Assembly: GCA_000002435.2 (NCBI GenBank)
Contig: CM018789.1
Source: Giardia intestinalis
Lineage: Eukaryota
Reading direction: 5' to 3' (one strand)
Length of the DNA stretch: 64,000 bases
Position 1 is the first letter of the stretch, and the number at the start of each line of letters is the position of its first letter. The position numbers and the translations under genes are program-made. Shown here one piece after another: positions 59,548 through 64,000 of the stretch. The notes under the pieces are model-generated. The model was given only the letters and a program-made list of their open reading frames with translations. It searched no databases and had not been told where the DNA came from.

Positions 59548-60072
59548 ATGGATAGCAACCCCCTCCTGGACTTTTTTGCTGCCCCACCACCTACCTCTCA
59601 GGAACTAGAAACACAACACTGGCCTTTTGGTGATGTGCACGCGCTCTTTAGGCATTTCAACGAGGCTTTTTTCGACAATTGCCTGAGAGATGTTGTGGTT
59701 CATTGGAGCAATAGGCTAACACGTTCTGCAGGTCTATGCAAATACAGAGGGACGCGAACAGAAGAGCATAGTCCTATTGTAATTATCCTATCTGCACCTC
59801 TACTCCAATATCGTTCACAACACGACCTGCTCGACGTGCTGGTGCATGAGATGATCCACGCCTACCTTTTCAGACTGAAGGTGTTCGAGCGAGTGCATCA
59901 CGGGCCCGTCTGGCACGCACAAGCGCACCGAATTAACCAGGCCGCTGGACTTACAATCCGTGCCTGCCACAACTACTACCAAGAGGTAAGATACATTGCG
60001 CACCAACGGGCTCTGAAGCGGGTTCCAGTCATTGATCTTAGCAATAGCACTATTGATCTCACCGATGATTAG
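59548..60072 (+). CDS. SprT-like zinc metalloprotease domain protein (Spartan/SPRTN-like DNA-protein-crosslink protease core), 174 aa
   Basis: The track ORF begins at GTG 59275 and overlaps the glycosylase. ATG at codon 92 gives 'MDSNPLLDFF...'. The domain is collinear with human Spartan: 'VHALFRHFNEAFFDNCLRDVVVHWSNRLTRSAGLC' (cf. 'LQALFVQFNDQFFWGQLEAVEVKWSVRMTLCAGIC'), 'LLDVLVHEMIHAYLF' (HExxH), 'HGPVWHAQAHRIN' (cf. 'HGPEFCKHMHRIN'). Confidence 0.8.
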   Translation: MDSNPLLDFFAAPPPTSQELETQHWPFGDVHALFRHFNEAFFDNCLRDVVVHWSNRLTRSAGLCKYRGTRTEEHSPIVIILSAPLLQYRSQHDLLDVLVHEMIHAYLFRLKVFERVHHGPVWHAQAHRINQAAGLTIRACHNYYQEVRYIAHQRALKRVPVIDLSNSTIDLTDD

Positions 60073-63000
60073 AGGTCTTGGGCGTGACGCCAACCACGAA
60101 GCTGTGAAGGTGTGCCACAACATGAATCTTCATGCATGGTTCCACGTGACTGCCTGTATATGATAAAGGCGATTTGCAGCTCTGCCTCTAAGTGTGTTAT
60201 GCTTTCAAATAACTTATACGTCATTCTTAGCTCCAAGTCGTGAATGCATGCTTCTTGAAATAATGTAAGAGCTTATTTTGCTTGCCAATTATCCTCCTCA
60301 TTCTTAGTGAGTCTGTGCACACCGCTTCTTATATATGAATTGCTTCTACACACCAGTATCACTGGTAGATTCTAGGGTACACAACGTGTTTCTGTACATG
60401 CTGGGACATCTTTCAACATTGCAGGTGGTACATACCATCCTGCATAGCCATCAGGGAATCTATTATTAGCCTATTATTAAAGTACTGTAAGAGCAATCAT
60501 GGACGGATATTAGTACTTTTCACGTAGGCCCTTAAAGTCGCCAGCTGTATACACGCTCCTCGGGGTTGTGGCCATCCTCCCTTGGGCTTCGTGCTTTTTG
60601 TAAGCATAGAGTGAAAGCACTTGCATTGGCAAACTAGGCAAACGCCAGATATGTCATGCTATGAACACGTTGAACGACGATGAATATCTTACAGAATAGG
60701 AAGATCTGCATCCAGCTATCGGTAACATAGACTTTCATAAGACATGTGAGCCGCACAGAAATACCACTGTAAATGTACTGAAAATCCACATGAGCATCGT
60801 CACATGGAGATAGAAAGCCATCTGAATGAACACTTTTGCGGGCTGCTTTGGTGCTTTGAAGAGACGCGAATGACTTTACGTCACTGTATGTTACAAACCC
60901 AACTGACCTTTCATGCCTTCCATGATGTAGTCTAGTCAGAACGAGCTGATTGTAGTCTTCCGATATATGCTTAAGGGCGCAAGGTGTAGATCAAATAGAT
61001 TGCTTTATTGCCTTCGAGAAAAGGACGGGCCTTGCTTTGCCAATACATAGATATGTGATAATAGACCAGGCAATCAGCAGTAAATGGAATACACGGCTAA
61101 TAGCTGCAAGACGCAGTCGTAAGCCTGGTTCTGCATGGGCAGCATCCAAATAGGGCCGTTGTCATGTCGGCTCTTTGCAGACGCATTGTGTACAGCAGTT
61201 ACGAGCTGCGCAACGGAAGGTCATAGGGGGTGAGGTTGTCTACTGCACCACGCCGCATAGAGGACAAATCAAGACCGACAGCACGAGAAAAGCGACAAGA
61301 ACAGTCGCTTTGTGTGCCTACTGGCAAGGACTTCGTGACAAACCCATATGGCGCAGAGCCTGGGATTGGCCTTGTCCACGTTCATGTTAGGGAGCGTGGG
61401 CCTTCAAGAGTTAGCCAGAAGTTGCACCAATTCTCAACTGGTACATGCCTTTATCCAGTGATGTCCAACGCGATGCTTTACATCCGTGCAAGCTTTGAGA
61501 TACTAATTTCACCGACTCGTTGTGACTCAAGGCGTCCAACTCGTTATAATATTGAGGCAAGGATTGAACTGAGTAACTGATTGCTAGGGAAATTATGCCA
61601 TCACTATCACAACTAGCTTGAATCGTGAGAGAAGTTTGTACTGACAAGATTAAGCGGCCCAACCAGCACATGAGAAGAGTCTGTCCCTTATGATACTTTG
61701 ACCACCAAAGGGAAGGTAATGGATCCACGGTCATTGTTTCTGATGTAGCAAGTAGCGCCTGCAATAGATGGCTAGATCATAAATGATATTATGGTTATGG
61801 CGTGTCACGCAATTGAGCACGAGTAAGATTGCAGACTGGCCCAACCTTAACTAGAGATCCAAACAAACAGACAACCAGCAGAGTAAAGATTGTAAGAGCA
61901 ACTAAACGTCAAATCTGTAAACGGCTTAAGTTTGGTGAGTGGCATGAAAAATGGTCACTGAGCCTATCGTTTTTAGCTAATGTGGAACTTTTAATCTTGT
62001 AAGGCTAAGGTTGTTTTATCTCTTGTTGCTGACAACAAGCCCCTGCATAAGCTACGTAATAATCATCTATACTACTGCCGCGCTACTGTTCTCTGGATAA
62101 GTATCGATTGACTAAAGACAGACCCGTTGTCATAGATACATTGTGAGAAGGCTGATACTAGAAGCTTGTCTGTCGAGTTTGCATGTTCTATTTATGGAGA
62201 CTTCCGATGGCAACCTTTATGTAGAGATATGGATGGTCTAGGAAACTGAGCCATTAGCGCTTCAGTCGCCGTCTTACAAAAAACAGATTGCAAAAAGTAG
62301 ATGCGAAGTAGGATATTTGGTAGTTGCTGATTAGTGGGCATGATACCCAAGAATCCATGGAGCCGTTACCCAATTTTCCAAATTACAATAAGCAGCTTGC
62401 TTTGTTGACCCGGGACTGGTATCAAAAGATGTCTGGTAATCACAGAATGCTTTTAAAGTGATCTTGTGTGGCAAAATGCTTATGACGTGAATGAAATGAG
62501 CTGTAGGTTAAAGCAGGCAGCTTCCTATACTCATAAAATCGTCCAGCAGAGTGTCCTACAGCCTTGTACGGTTATACTTGACCATCTATTATTTCCCAGC
62601 ATAAGCACAACAAGTCCTCATTACAAAAGTGGGCGCTTTATTCTTCATTCAATACCAGATTGCATATTATGCCAGACAATTATCATGCAACGGCTGATAA
62701 AGATTTATATGACCTGGCAGGACATACGAGTGCCGTTAACATTAAGGTGCGCGTAGATAGTGCATATTTGACCCAGCAAAGATAAAGTCAACCAGAGTCA
62801 GAAAAGGGGAAAGAGAAAATGGAAGCCACCATACTCCACAGACTTCTATCATGTTTTATACGCGTGGATGCTGAATTAACCAGGTGCTCAGACGCAAGGT
62901 ATTTGCTGTAAGACACTTAGGAGCTGTAGCTTGACGCATACAGGTGACATACTATAGTTATGCTGAATAACGCGGAGGTATCGATGAGTGGACGCACAAG

Positions 63001-64000
63001 TATTGAAGGCGATGAGCCACAGGGGCTTCTATGAACTGCTCACGGTGAGTGGAAGTACCGTAGATACCTTCACTACCAGGCACGCTTAACCCAATCTAGA
63101 ATTAGTATAAAGCATAGAGTTGGACGGACCTAGGTTGCGTCTAGTAAAACGTAGGACACTTCTAAGAGCTCAACTTAAGGATGGCGAGGCGGCCCTGTAA
63201 CCCTGCATAGCTGGCCTTGCATCCAATAAAGACTAGGGGCTGAGTGGCACATATGTTCGTCATCCAGCATGGCGAATAGCCCGTGGAGCGGCAAGATCAA
63301 TCTTTCCTAGACGAGCAACACGTAGTGAGTGTTCGACCAGTACCAATGGGCAAGGGTTAATTCTCGCCATAACTGACGCCCGGACGGCAGAAGCCAATAG
63401 GAAAGACAGCTCTTACCGGAGCGGTGCTGGGGATGCTCTGCAAGTCAGAGCCAGAAGGGCCTGGTAGCCATACTGGTGCCTGCTGTCGTCGGGCAACCCT
63501 GTTAAAGAAGCAGCGGCTCCTCGAGCGGGGCAGCTTAGGGGCCCACTACGTTCTCCTATTCTGCAGCGCATATTGTCTACTGGCAGGGAGCTGATGTCTT
63601 TCGTGGTTGCATGGTCCTGCTCACACCAGAGACAGAGCCAGACGACGGAGAGTAGGAGACTGACTCCCAGTTGAGATCTGCTTATTCCAGGCCCAACCAC
63701 ACCGCAGTATGCATCCACATCGATCTACGGTAGGTGGCGGGCAGCTTGCAGGGTGGAATTGGCAGCCTGGGCGAATTAAGGGCGGCGGATGTATTGCTGC
63801 CTCATTCCATCAATAGCATGGTTGGCTTGCGAGATGGAAGCAGTGGTTGCGGCGAAGGCACGTGAGGCGTCCAGATGAAGCGGACTATACAGATCGCTTA
63901 ACAGCATTAAAAGTTGAAATGGTTACACTGCCCGCTTGCAAAGGTACATGGTTCGGCCTGCGAACACTGCGTGTTTACTGACGCAGACTGGCCTATTGGC
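60073..64000. other. ~3.9 kb terminal region without credible coding potential
   Basis: Only five short ORFs (71-117 aa) with no AT-rich start context or domains. All six frames are closed by stops within ~100 nt of position 64000, so no gene runs off the window end. Confidence 0.55.

Noticed and set aside
61175-63718. Short ORFs in the terminal desert (61175, 61230, 61411, 62466, 63413)
   Set aside because: 71-117 aa, overlapping or isolated, with no promoter-like context or domain similarity. Insufficient to call genes.

Overview
This window reads as nuclear DNA of the diplomonad Giardia intestinalis (G. lamblia/duodenalis). The evidence is dense intronless ORFs on both strands, AT-rich start contexts with divergent gene pairs 4-26 bp apart, and a huge cysteine-rich surface-protein gene. 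That gene ends in the VSP-specific tail ...CRGKA* and is followed by the VSP extended poly(A) motif ACTTAGATAGTAAAC. A cathepsin-B-like protease, a 1371-aa multi-TM class I phosphodiesterase, and ankyrin/coiled-coil 'protein 21.1'-like genes also fit Giardia. I call about 38 protein-coding genes, several as function-unknown. Recognisable products include a truncated RFC/Rad17-like clamp loader, cathepsin B, an SDR, a PHD-finger protein, Pam18/Tim14, an RRM protein, a PCI-domain protein, a nitroreductase-fold protein, a DHHC palmitoyltransferase, PIG-A, Pelota/Dom34, the membrane PDE, ribosomal protein S9, a PUF protein, a WD40 protein, an Fpg/Nei (NEIL-like) DNA glycosylase and a SprT/Spartan-like protease. 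The central feature is a ~5.85 kb VSP gene built from ~23 identical 240-bp (80-aa, CXXC-rich) tandem repeats, one of which is aberrant, GC-rich and contains a poly-C tract. Directly upstream of it lie a VSP C-terminal relic and a ~3.7 kb GC-rich gene desert. A second ~3.9 kb gene desert closes the window. The most interesting non-VSP observation is the glycosylase and the DNA-protein-crosslink protease sharing a 4-bp divergent promoter. Coordinates for CDSs follow the supplied ORF track. Where the track started at a GTG or TTG I moved the start to the first in-frame ATG and say so. No database search was possible, so all product calls rest on motifs I recognise.
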